Source: Bacteriovoracaceae bacterium (GTDB taxonomy: Bacteria; Bdellovibrionota; UBA1018). Taken from it: a DNA stretch of 64,000 bases. The translations under genes and the position numbers were made by a program. The number at the start of each line of letters is the position of its first letter. Position 1 is the stretch's first letter. Of this stretch, positions 19,125-28,096 are shown piece by piece. Under the pieces are notes generated by a model. It saw only the letters and a program-made list of their open reading frames with translations, was not told where the DNA came from and did no database searches. The stretch lies in NCBI GenBank assembly GCA_947447665.1, contig CANFJX010000007.1:87441-151440 (forward strand). The letters run 5' to 3'.

Positions 19125-20663
19125 ATGATCCATCAGTCACGGTTTCAGCCAAAAGTTTTAGGAGACTTCATCTTCGGACAGTTTAAAAAGCCAACAGAGG
19201 CGAGCGGGGAATGGATCAGTCGAAGCCCCGCCTCGTTTTCTGACGAATTGGGGCGTTTTCAGTACTCTTATGCTCACGTCGATGAAGCTGTTCATGTGGC
19301 GCAGGCTGCTTTTCGATCTTGGAAGAAGCTACCGATTTCTGAGCGAGCTGAATTCTTGAAAAAATTTCAAACGGTTCTCAAAAAGAGGGAAGATGAATGG
19401 GTTGAAGCGATCGCTAGGGAGGTGGGCAAGCCTCTCTGGGAAGCTAAAACTGAGCTCTCTGCGATGCTCAATAAGGTTGATATTACCATCCAGGAAAGCA
19501 TGAGGCTGGTGGCTGACTTCGAGATCCCAAAAATTATGGAGCACACGAATGGTGCTTGCCGTTACCGAGCCTTGGGCGTCGTCGCGGTGATTGGACCATT
19601 CAACTTCCCGGGTCATCTGCCAAACGGGCATATTATCCCTTCTCTTCTGACCGGAAATACAGTGGTATTTAAACCCTCCGAAAAGGCCCCATGGGTGGGG
19701 CAGCTCATGGCAGAAAGCTTTCAGGAGGCTGGTCTCCCCCCGGGTGTTTTTAATATGGTCCAAGGGGAGAGGGAAGTGAGCCGGCGCCTGTGTTCACATG
19801 ATGGAGTGCATGGAGTTTTGTTTACGGGTTCCTACGACGTAGGGGTTCAGATTAAGCAGGATACCATCCAGCAGCATTGGAAGCTTTTGGCGTTGGAGAT
19901 GGGCGGGAAAAATCCAGCGATCGTTTGGAAGGATGCGGATCTAGAGAATGCGGTCTATGAGACCCTCATTGGCAGCTTCTTGACTACCGGGCAAAGGTGC
20001 AGTGCAACCAGTCGAATCTTGGTCCATCGTGACCTCTTGGGGCAGTTTTTAGGCCGTTTTCACGAACGTTCGAAGGCATTCAAGATTGGCCATCCTTTTG
20101 AAAATCCGTTCATGGGCCCATTGATTGATCAGGGCTCAGTGGATCGGTATATGAAGTTCCAAGGAATTGCAGCAAGAGAGGGATTTGAGACTGTGATGAG
20201 TGGTAAGGTTTTAGAATTAGCTCATCGCGGAAACTACGTGACTCCGTCCATTGGTCTCATGACGAAGGCAAGTCTCGAGCAAACTCGTAAGAGCATTTAC
20301 CAGCAGACTGAACTTTTTGCCCCGAATGTCGCTATTCTTGCAGTAGACGAATTAGATGAAGCGATTGCCCAGGCGAATGCGACTCAGTTTGGGCTTGCCG
20401 CAAGTGTCTTCAGTCAAAATAGAGCAGTCTATCAACACTGTCTCGATGAGCTTGAGATGGGATTAATTAATTGGAATAAATCAACGGTGGGAGCTTCTTC
20501 GCGACTTCCCTTCGGAGGTCTCAAGAAAAGTGGTAATCATTTCCCAACCGCTCTCGCAGCGCCACTTTATTGTACTACTCCCGTTGCCTCATTGGAAGTT
20601 TCAGAGATTCAGTCGACTTCTGTAAGCGCTTCTAAGACTCCTGGATTGAATTGGGAATCTTAA
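19125..20663 (+). CDS. astD: Succinylglutamate-semialdehyde dehydrogenase
   Basis: GPFNFPGHLPNGHI, LALEMGGKNP, GQRCS and GASSRLPFGG...SGN; follows astA. Confidence 0.88.
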   Translation: MIHQSRFQPKVLGDFIFGQFKKPTEASGEWISRSPASFSDELGRFQYSYAHVDEAVHVAQAAFRSWKKLPISERAEFLKKFQTVLKKREDEWVEAIAREVGKPLWEAKTELSAMLNKVDITIQESMRLVADFEIPKIMEHTNGACRYRALGVVAVIGPFNFPGHLPNGHIIPSLLTGNTVVFKPSEKAPWVGQLMAESFQEAGLPPGVFNMVQGEREVSRRLCSHDGVHGVLFTGSYDVGVQIKQDTIQQHWKLLALEMGGKNPAIVWKDADLENAVYETLIGSFLTTGQRCSATSRILVHRDLLGQFLGRFHERSKAFKIGHPFENPFMGPLIDQGSVDRYMKFQGIAAREGFETVMSGKVLELAHRGNYVTPSIGLMTKASLEQTRKSIYQQTELFAPNVAILAVDELDEAIAQANATQFGLAASVFSQNRAVYQHCLDELEMGLINWNKSTVGASSRLPFGGLKKSGNHFPTALAAPLYCTTPVASLEVSEIQSTSVSASKTPGLNWES

Positions 20664-20692
20664 TTAATTTTTGAATTTTATTAGTATTTCTT

Positions 20693-20717
20693 GAGGCCCT
20701 CATCGACTGAGGGCCTC
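20693..20717. terminator. Bidirectional intrinsic terminator hairpin
   Basis: GAGGCCCTCA-tcgac-TGAGGGCCTC, a perfect 10-bp stem between the convergent astD and cold-shock genes. Confidence 0.75.
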
Positions 20718-20731
20718 TTATCTCAATTAAA

Positions 20732-20947
20732 TTATTGAGTTTGCATTGCTTTTGCTACATTCGAAGCTTGGGGTCCCTTTGGGCCATCGACTAAATCAAA
20801 GTCTACCTGTTGACCTTCTGCGAGAGTTTTGAAGCCATCTCCCTGAATCGCAGAATAATGAACGAATACATCGCGCTCATCGCCTTGTGCCTGGATAAAA
20901 CCATACCCTTTGCTATCGTTGAACCACTTCACGAGTCCTGTTGCCAT
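20732..20947 (-). CDS. Cold-shock protein (CspA family)
   Basis: [22 protein letters not shown] and [10 protein letters not shown]. Confidence 0.97.
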   Translation of the reverse strand: MATGLVKWFNDSKGYGFIQAQGDERDVFVHYSAIQGDGFKTLAEGQQVDFDLVDGPKGPQASNVAKAMQTQ

Positions 20948-21061
20948 CAAAATACCCCCTGTAAATAAAAGAGAAGAGCAACTCGAAAATGAAGTAAACC
21001 CGGTTTCAGATTGGCGTCAAATAAAAAATCAGAAATTTAGAAAATATTAATTTTTATGGAT

Positions 21062-21137
21062 TGAGGGGTTGCCGAAAATATTTTAAGGCCTGAGACCAAA
21101 ATCTTAAGTGCCATAAAATATTTTCGGCAACCCCTCA
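21062..21137. repeat. 24-bp perfect inverted repeat, MITE-like element or long hairpin
   Basis: TGAGGGGTTGCCGAAAATATTTTA (21062-21085) and its exact reverse complement (21114-21137), 28-nt spacer. Confidence 0.85.
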
Positions 21138-21173
21138 TAACTGGTCAGAAAACTTTTAATTCTGGCGCAAAGC

Positions 21174-23306
21174 CTAGTGGTGCGATAGGCCAGGTGCGCC
21201 AGGCTGCCCGGGCATGCCTGTGCCGCCGCCCATGCCGCCCATCATAGGGTTCATCATGGGGTTCATGCCCATACCGCCCATGCCACCCATCATAGGGTTC
21301 ATCATGGGGTTCATGCCCATACCGCCCATGCCGCCCATCATAGGGTTCATCATGGGGTTCATGCCCATGCCGCCCATGCCACCCATCATAGGGTTCATTA
21401 TGGGGTTCATCATGCCCATGCCGCCCATGCCACCCATCATAGGGTTCATTATGGGGTTCATCATGCCCATGCCGCCCATGCCACCCATCATAGGGTTCAT
21501 TATGGGGTTCATGCCCATACCGCCCATCATGTTTGGATAGGCTGATCCCGGGTTGAACATCTGTGATTGGGCCATTTGATCGTGGTTATGAATCATCTGG
21601 GTTTCGTTAGCGATTTGAGATGCTCGAATAATCAGATCTCTTTGTGCAATTAAATGGGTACATTCTTCCGAGTTCAAGCTTGCTGCGGTTCGGCACGTGG
21701 TTCGTCTCGCCTGAGTCCATTCCTGTAGCAAAGCGCCTTCTTTCATTTGGATCATCGGAGCAGTTAAGTTGCCTTGTCTCACTTCGGTGTGGAGTCGGTT
21801 GATCTTAAGATCCAGGAGTTTTTGGCCATACTGTTTTCTTGCATCGCTGTCGGATCCATTCATGACATTTTTTTCGACGATTTCAATAGCCTTGCTGCAG
21901 CTTTGGGGCGTTGCTGTTGGGTCATCGCCGTGACAAATTTTATTGGCGAGGTTGATGAGGTGAGCTGTTGCTTGTTTTCTGTGGCGAATATCACCGTGAG
22001 AGTCCAAATTCTCAATAAAGTCTACCAGTCGCCCTCGAATATCCTCAACGCGGTTGATGTCAGCGCTGTTGACCGCGTTTACTTCCATGGCAAATTTTTG
22101 GAGCTGCGATTCCTTAACGTCTTGATCCAGTCGGGATAGTTCATGGTTTCTTTGTTGATGACTAATTTCCTTGAAATCCTTGAAGAGGCTTTCGATTGCG
22201 CTCTTAACGTGATGTTGGGAGTCCTCGGTTCGGCAGTAGGGGGAGTTGAGTGTTCGCTTAAGATTAGCTATTTCCCAATTTTTTGCCCGGGTTTCTGTTT
22301 TTTCTAGTTCTTCTCTGTCGTGAGCATCAACAGCTGCTTTGTCCTCGGCAGTCTGAAAGTGGAGAGGGCTTTCGAGCTCTTCGCATTTGATTTTCCTGTT
22401 GGCTTCATCATAATGAGCAATCGAGATTTTGCCCGACTTTCCGATTTCTTTTAGTTTAATGACCGATGCAATTTTGCCCGAGAGTTGACTCCAGTTTGCT
22501 TTAGGGGAGAATTCGGGCAAAAAAGGACCCTGTTTTTGCATAGCCTGAATGCAAGACTCTGCCTTGCCATCGGTGTCATAAAACTGGATCGCCCGTAGGG
22601 TTTCTCCACACTGAGCTTGATCATAAGTTGGACTTGAATCGGGAGCCTTCCAATCGATCTTCAAAGAATCTAAACAGGACTTCGGGAGCTCTCCTGATAC
22701 TTTGACAAAGTTTTGGCTGTCGATTGTAATTGCAAAGCTTGGAATGAGTTCCTGTAAGTCCTTGAGACCCCAAGTCCTCGATTTTCCAACCGGGGCTTCT
22801 TGTGTATTGGATGCCGTCGCCTCTTGCGGGTTGGCTTCATTCTCTATCTTCGTTTTAATTTCTGTGAGTGAGCTCCAGGCTCGATCTAACTCTTTATGTA
22901 ATTGCTCCTGATGAACTGATGCGCTCTTCTTGATTGCCTCTAAAAATGCGGGCTCTAAATGTGGCTGAAGATTGCGTAGTTCGCCGAGTTCCTGGATACC
23001 TAGGCCTTCGAGGCATTTTCTTCCCTGGTCCAAAAGATTTCTACGGTAGTCGATTGATCCGACCTCTTTGATCTTGTTCAAGGTTTTCTCGCAACCTTCT
23101 AGATCGGTTTTAAGTTTTGTAAGCGTACCTGAATATTGGGAAATGACGGAGTTGATTGCGGGTTCACCGGTGTTCTTGAATTGGCCTATCCAAGAATAAC
23201 GCTCTGTTTCACTAGGCCATGTATCGAGTGCAAATGCTTGAGGAGAAGCCAAAGCGAGTCCCAAGCAGGCTAATCCGATTTTGAAATTCTTTTTATCACT
23301 CAACAT
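21174..23306 (-). CDS. Large secreted hypothetical protein with C-terminal Met/Gly tandem repeats
   Basis: AAGGAG SD before ATG 23306; Sec signal ending in AFA; helical Cys-containing body; repeat tail. Confidence 0.85.
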   Translation of the reverse strand: MLSDKKNFKIGLACLGLALASPQAFALDTWPSETERYSWIGQFKNTGEPAINSVISQYSGTLTKLKTDLEGCEKTLNKIKEVGSIDYRRNLLDQGRKCLEGLGIQELGELRNLQPHLEPAFLEAIKKSASVHQEQLHKELDRAWSSLTEIKTKIENEANPQEATASNTQEAPVGKSRTWGLKDLQELIPSFAITIDSQNFVKVSGELPKSCLDSLKIDWKAPDSSPTYDQAQCGETLRAIQFYDTDGKAESCIQAMQKQGPFLPEFSPKANWSQLSGKIASVIKLKEIGKSGKISIAHYDEANRKIKCEELESPLHFQTAEDKAAVDAHDREELEKTETRAKNWEIANLKRTLNSPYCRTEDSQHHVKSAIESLFKDFKEISHQQRNHELSRLDQDVKESQLQKFAMEVNAVNSADINRVEDIRGRLVDFIENLDSHGDIRHRKQATAHLINLANKICHGDDPTATPQSCSKAIEIVEKNVMNGSDSDARKQYGQKLLDLKINRLHTEVRQGNLTAPMIQMKEGALLQEWTQARRTTCRTAASLNSEECTHLIAQRDLIIRASQIANETQMIHNHDQMAQSQMFNPGSAYPNMMGGMGMNPIMNPMMGGMGGMGMMNPIMNPMMGGMGGMGMMNPIMNPMMGGMGGMGMNPMMNPMMGGMGGMGMNPMMNPMMGGMGGMGMNPMMNPMMGGMGGGTGMPGQPGAPGLSHH
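21225..21530 (-). repeat. Coding tandem repeat, unit about 48-51 bp (MMGGMGGMGMNPMMNP), six units plus a partial unit
   Basis: Directly visible repeated catcatagggttcat/gcccat units; unit lengths 13, 17, 17, 16, 16 and 16 codons. Confidence 0.97.
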
Positions 23307-23364
23307 AAGCGTAACTCCTTCAACTGAGGCATTGAGAGAAAGACCTTCTCTCGGGAGTACATAG

Positions 23365-23381
23365 AGCAAGGGGTAGGCCAA
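23365..23381 (-). promoter_or_regulatory. Sigma54 (-24/-12) promoter for the Met/Gly-repeat gene
   Basis: Minus strand TTGGCCTACCCCTTGCT matches TGGC-N7-TTGC with exact GG-N10-GC spacing, about 60 nt upstream of the ATG. Confidence 0.65.
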
Positions 23382-23568
23382 GTTTGATGGGCTGTGTAAA
23401 TTTATATTTATCTTATTATTTCAATTACTTGCAGATCTATTAAATAGCTATAGAGCTTAGCTTGATGTGTGAGTTATGAAGGTTTGTCGATAAAATCGAC
23501 ACGCAAACTTGCGTCCAGTCGCTTGCCTTGTTAAGCTCGCCCCACGTGAAGCAAAAAGGGAGATTCCT

Positions 23569-24630
23569 ATGGTTTTCAAGCAAATGCAGCCAAGTGGTTT
23601 TGAGCAAGTGGTCTTCTGTCAGGACGATCGGGTTGGACTGAGAGCGATTATTTCGATTCACTCTTCAGTCCTGGGGCCTGCCACAGGTGGCTGCCGCATG
23701 TGGAATTACGCCACCGAAGAAGAAGCACTTACGGACGTACTCCGGCTCTCTGAAGGAATGACTTATAAAGCGGCTATGGCCGGTTTGGACTGGGGCGGAG
23801 GCAAGGGCGTGATTTTGGGAGACCCAAAAACTCAGAAGACTCCTGAGATGCTTCAAAGATTTGGGGAATACGTAGATCGCTTGGGTGGTCATTACATTAC
23901 AGCCAAAGATGTTGGCATGGGCGCGGATGATTTGCGCCAAGTCAAACGAAAGACCCGCCACGTTTTAGGAATTGAAGGTGATCCAGGATCCAGCGGCGAT
24001 CCGTCCCCAGCTACCGCTTGGGGAGTTTACCATGGGATGCAATCAGCTGCTCAAGTCGCATTTCAGGCGCGCTCCTTGAAGGGGCTGAGAGTGGCGCTTC
24101 AGGGGTTGGGGAGCGTTTCCTACTACTTGCTCGATTATTTGGTGAAAGAAGGCGCCCATGTGGTGGGTTGCGATATTGATTCCGCTATGGTCGAGCGAGC
24201 GGTTAAAAAATTTGGAATTGAGATCGTCCATCCGGATGCGATATATGATGTGAAGTGTGATATTTTTTCACCCTCGGCTCTCGGCTCTTCAGTGAATCCG
24301 AAGACTCTCCCGAGGATCCAGGCTAAAGTGATCGCAGGCGGGGCTAATAACCAATTGGCAACACTGGAAGAGGGCTATGAGATCATGCGAAGGGGAATGG
24401 TCTATGTCCCTGATTATGTCATCAATGGCGGGGGCCTGATTAATATTTATTATGAGGATCCAATTCGTGGGGGTTATTCCAAGTCTCGAGCTTTTGATCA
24501 TGTCGCCAAAATCGGCCAAACCGTGCTGGAAATTCTCGAGCGGTCGAAGAGCGAAAAGACTCCGTCTCAGATCATCGCGAACCGAATGGCTGAAGAGCGG
24601 ATTGAGAAGAAGCGCAGAAGTATCTCGTAA
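23569..24630 (+). CDS. Leu/Val/Phe dehydrogenase family amino acid dehydrogenase
   Basis: GPATGGCRM, MTYK...GGGKGVI, SGDPS..TA.GV, QGLGSV and GGANNQL. Confidence 0.92.
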   Translation: MVFKQMQPSGFEQVVFCQDDRVGLRAIISIHSSVLGPATGGCRMWNYATEEEALTDVLRLSEGMTYKAAMAGLDWGGGKGVILGDPKTQKTPEMLQRFGEYVDRLGGHYITAKDVGMGADDLRQVKRKTRHVLGIEGDPGSSGDPSPATAWGVYHGMQSAAQVAFQARSLKGLRVALQGLGSVSYYLLDYLVKEGAHVVGCDIDSAMVERAVKKFGIEIVHPDAIYDVKCDIFSPSALGSSVNPKTLPRIQAKVIAGGANNQLATLEEGYEIMRRGMVYVPDYVINGGGLINIYYEDPIRGGYSKSRAFDHVAKIGQTVLEILERSKSEKTPSQIIANRMAEERIEKKRRSIS

Positions 24631-24642
24631 GAGGGCGCTATC

Positions 24643-25689
24643 ATGAGTTCCTTTCGGCCGTCTGATCGATTTGGAATTCAAAGAGTCCTCCTCCCCTCTG
24701 GAGTTCTGCCCCAACAGGCAGACCAGTTGGATCCAGCATTGCCGATCGCAGAAGATGAGCTTCTGATTGAAGTCGAAAGCCTGAATATTGACTCCGCAAG
24801 TTTTCATCAGATTTCAACCGTGTGCGGGGGGGATTTGTTGAAAATAGAGAAGCACATCGTGGATTTAGTCAAACGACGTGGCAAGCATCATAACCCTGTG
24901 ACTGGATCTGGGGGGATGCTAATTGGTCGGGTCACAGCGGTGGGTCCAGCCTTTCCGGTGAGAGAAAAACCAGTACAAGTCGGGGACCGAATCGCCACTT
25001 TAGTTTCCCTCTCTCTCACCCCTCTTGAGATTCGGAAAGTAAAACGAATTCATCCTAAGGTTGACCGAGTAGATATCGAGGGACATGCGATTTTGTTTGC
25101 ATCGGGCCTTTTTTCCCTTCTTCCATCAGATTTGCCCGAATCACTCGCCCTAGCGGTTCTGGACGTTGCAGGTGCTCCCGCTCAGACTCGACGATTGGTG
25201 CAGGCAAACCAAACGGTAGTCGTGATTGGGGGTGGGGGTAAGTCGGGAGTGCTTTGTCTTTATGAGGCTAAGAAGAGTCTGGGTGTCACGACGATCGCTA
25301 TTGATTATTCCGACGCAGGGATTGATCGCCTCAAGACTCTGCCCTTTGTGGATCAGGTAATTCAAGCGGATGCTAGAAATGCTGTTGAGGTGATGAAGAA
25401 AGTATCTGACGCGACCCAAGGGCAAATGGCTGATCTAGTGATTAATGTTGCTAACCTCCCTGAGACTGAAATGTCGAGTGTGTTGAGTTGTAAACGAGGG
25501 GGAGCAGTTTATTTTTTTAGTATGGCCACCAGCTTTACGCGGGCTGCTCTCGGTGCTGAGGGTGTCGGAGCGGATGTGGACTTGAGGATTGGAAATGGTT
25601 ATACCTCTGGCCACGCTCAGCTCGCCCTGGATTTAATTAGGGAAAGTAAGATATTAAGAAAGTTATTTACCGACGTTTATTGCAGTTGA
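24643..25689 (+). CDS. kdd: L-erythro-3,5-diaminohexanoate dehydrogenase
   Basis: LNIDSASF, RGKHHNPVTGSGGML, ATLVSLSLTPL, LDVAGAPAQ and FFSMATSF..AALGAEG. Confidence 0.93.
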   Translation: MSSFRPSDRFGIQRVLLPSGVLPQQADQLDPALPIAEDELLIEVESLNIDSASFHQISTVCGGDLLKIEKHIVDLVKRRGKHHNPVTGSGGMLIGRVTAVGPAFPVREKPVQVGDRIATLVSLSLTPLEIRKVKRIHPKVDRVDIEGHAILFASGLFSLLPSDLPESLALAVLDVAGAPAQTRRLVQANQTVVVIGGGGKSGVLCLYEAKKSLGVTTIAIDYSDAGIDRLKTLPFVDQVIQADARNAVEVMKKVSDATQGQMADLVINVANLPETEMSSVLSCKRGGAVYFFSMATSFTRAALGAEGVGADVDLRIGNGYTSGHAQLALDLIRESKILRKLFTDVYCS

Positions 25690-25728
25690 GTTGTTTGGCG
25701 CGGTGCTCGAATTAAAGGGGAAGTGGTG

Positions 25729-27294
25729 ATGAGTCATCTTCATTTAGATCAAGCTTTAGTAAAGCAGTGTAGAAATCTGGCCAGGGAAATCGCGAGGCCA
25801 GTGGAAAAACTCATCGACGATCATACCACCGTCGCCATCGAGCGCGCTACGCTGAGGTTGATAGGTATTGAAGGAGCCGTGCAGTCTAACAGCCAGTGGG
25901 TGCCTCAAGTCAATCTGATCATTGAAGACCTGCAAAAAGATGGCGTCTTAGGGCGCGGGGCTCTTTACTGGTTCGCCAACGGAATGATTCAAACCAAAAT
26001 GAGCGCTGTTGATCTCGGCGAGGCGGTAGCCAAGAAAAAGCTGAAGCTGCCTGAGCTTCAGCAGGCGCCGGAGAAGGAGATTCGAGAAAAAGCGCTAAAC
26101 CTATGCCAACTCGCTCGCGCTAATCTGGTCAGTCAACGTGAAATGCGGGATTCGCTTCGCTCTGAATTGAAAGACTCATTTGATCCACAAGGTAAAAATG
26201 GGCCGATCCTGTATGTAATTGTTGCTACTGGAAATATTTTTGAAGACGTCATTCAGGCCCAGGCGGCAGCACAGGCTGGCGCCGATGCGATCGCCGTGAT
26301 TCGAAGTACTGCGCAGTCGCTCCTTGATTTTATCCCTCATGGTGCCACCACGGAGGGATTTGGTGGGACCTACGCCACCCAGGAAAATTTTCGGATCATG
26401 AGAAAGGCATTAGATGAAGAGGGTCGAAGGCTGGGTCGCTACATTCGCCTCACCAATTATTGTTCAGGGCTTTGTATGCCAGAAATTGCAGCGCTGGGTG
26501 CTCTAGAACGGCTGGATTTTCTATTAAACGACGCGATGTATGGGATTTTGTTCAGAGACATCAACATGAAGCGAACGTTAATTGACCAGCACTTTTCTAG
26601 AAAAATTATTGCCCTTTCGCGAATCGTAATTCATACAGGCGAAGATAACTATCTCACTACCGCCGACGCAGTTGAGAATGGGCACCAAGTTCTAGCATCC
26701 CAATTCATTAACGAGTGCTTTGCAAAGCATGCAGGAATGACGGAGGACCTCATGGGGCTCGGTCATGCTCAGGAGATGGATCCCGAGCATCCCGATGTGT
26801 TTCTTTTGGAGATTGCCCGAGCTCAGATGACCCGTGATATTTTTCCAGAGTCTCCGATTAAGTTTATGCCTCCTACCCGATTTAAGTGCGGAGATATCTT
26901 TTATAGTCACTTGATGGACGCCATGTTTAACTTCGTCGGAGTCTTAACTGGACAAACGATTCAGCTCCTGGGAATGCCAACTGAGGCGATGCATACGCCA
27001 CTTTTGCAGGACCGTTGGATGAGCATTAAGAATGCAAAATATATTTTTAATGGCGCTAAAAATCTGGGTAGAGAAATCGAGTTTAAGCAAGGTGGAGTAA
27101 TTGAAAGTTGGGCGTCGAAGGTACTAAAAGACACTCATGGGCTCCTGAGTTTGATTCATCAAAAGGGCCTTTTCCAGGCGATTGAAGAGAGGGCCTTTGC
27201 TGAAGTGAAGCGCACCGAAACTGGCGGTAAAGGTCATGATGGTGTGATCCCAAGGGATTCGCAGTACTTGAATCCTTTTTTTGAATTGTTATAG
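25729..27294 (+). CDS. kamD: D-lysine/beta-lysine 5,6-aminomutase alpha subunit
   Basis: HTTVAIER, YVIVATGNIFED, AVIRSTAQSLLD, GFGGTYATQENF, NYCSGLCMPE and YGILFRDIN. Confidence 0.95.
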   Translation: MSHLHLDQALVKQCRNLAREIARPVEKLIDDHTTVAIERATLRLIGIEGAVQSNSQWVPQVNLIIEDLQKDGVLGRGALYWFANGMIQTKMSAVDLGEAVAKKKLKLPELQQAPEKEIREKALNLCQLARANLVSQREMRDSLRSELKDSFDPQGKNGPILYVIVATGNIFEDVIQAQAAAQAGADAIAVIRSTAQSLLDFIPHGATTEGFGGTYATQENFRIMRKALDEEGRRLGRYIRLTNYCSGLCMPEIAALGALERLDFLLNDAMYGILFRDINMKRTLIDQHFSRKIIALSRIVIHTGEDNYLTTADAVENGHQVLASQFINECFAKHAGMTEDLMGLGHAQEMDPEHPDVFLLEIARAQMTRDIFPESPIKFMPPTRFKCGDIFYSHLMDAMFNFVGVLTGQTIQLLGMPTEAMHTPLLQDRWMSIKNAKYIFNGAKNLGREIEFKQGGVIESWASKVLKDTHGLLSLIHQKGLFQAIEERAFAEVKRTETGGKGHDGVIPRDSQYLNPFFELL

Positions 27295-27307
27295 GAATAG
27301 GTCCCAT

Positions 27308-28096
27308 ATGAGTTCACAAGTCGCAGAAGTCAATCTTAAGAAATTGCGTCCATACGGCGATATCATGGATGATGGTACTGTTCAGCTTGCTTTTACATTG
27401 CCGGTGGAGGCATCACCTGAGGCTCGCGAGGCGGCGGTGCTACTCACTCAAAAAATGGGTTTTGAGCAGGTCAAGGTTGCAACGATGGAAAAGGCTGCGA
27501 ACGGTTTTTCTTTTTTTGTCATTTACGCGAAGCTCAAACACACAATCGATTTCACGCAAATTAGCGTGTTGAAGGTGGACGCTCCAAAACGGGCTCGAGA
27601 TGAAGTTGACGAAATCATTCGGACCCAGATTGGTCGCAAGTTAATCGTTTTAGGGGCCTGCACTGGGTATGACGCCCATACAGTGGGTATTGACGCGATT
27701 ATGAATATGAAAGGCTTCGCAGGTGATTATGGCCTGGAGAGATATCAGTGGCTCGACGCTAGAAATCTCGGAGCACAAGTTCAAAATGAAGATTTGCTTA
27801 AATTGGCGGTGCAAGAGAAGGCTGATGCGATTTTGATTTCAAAGGTAGTGAGCCAACACAATATTCATATCAAAGATATGAAGGAACTCATTCAGAGGGC
27901 TGAGAAAATGGGTCTGAAGGACCAACTTATATTTGTCGCGGGCGGGCCTCGTGTGACCCATCCAATGGCTTTAGAGTGCGGTTTTGATGCAGGATTCAGT
28001 GTGGGTACCAAACCCTCGGATGTGGCGAGTTATATTGTCGAGGAGTTTCTACGGAGACGATCACGCCGTGCAGGCAAAAAGGAAGAACCATCGTGA
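27308..28096 (+). CDS. kamE: Lysine 5,6-aminomutase beta subunit (B12-binding)
   Basis: RPYGD..DDG.VQLAFTLP; DAHTVG (DxHxxG cobalamin His); MNMKG (PLP Lys). Confidence 0.95.
   Translation: MSSQVAEVNLKKLRPYGDIMDDGTVQLAFTLPVEASPEAREAAVLLTQKMGFEQVKVATMEKAANGFSFFVIYAKLKHTIDFTQISVLKVDAPKRARDEVDEIIRTQIGRKLIVLGACTGYDAHTVGIDAIMNMKGFAGDYGLERYQWLDARNLGAQVQNEDLLKLAVQEKADAILISKVVSQHNIHIKDMKELIQRAEKMGLKDQLIFVAGGPRVTHPMALECGFDAGFSVGTKPSDVASYIVEEFLRRRSRRAGKKEEPS

Noticed and set aside
21214-21540. Plus-strand 108-aa ORF and possible CRISPR-like periodicity
   Set aside because: Antisense shadow of the coding Met/Gly repeat; no unique spacers and no cas genes
23400-23568. Cobalamin or lysine riboswitch ahead of the kam operon
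   Set aside because: No B12-box or L-box motif recognisable by eye; an Rfam scan would settle it
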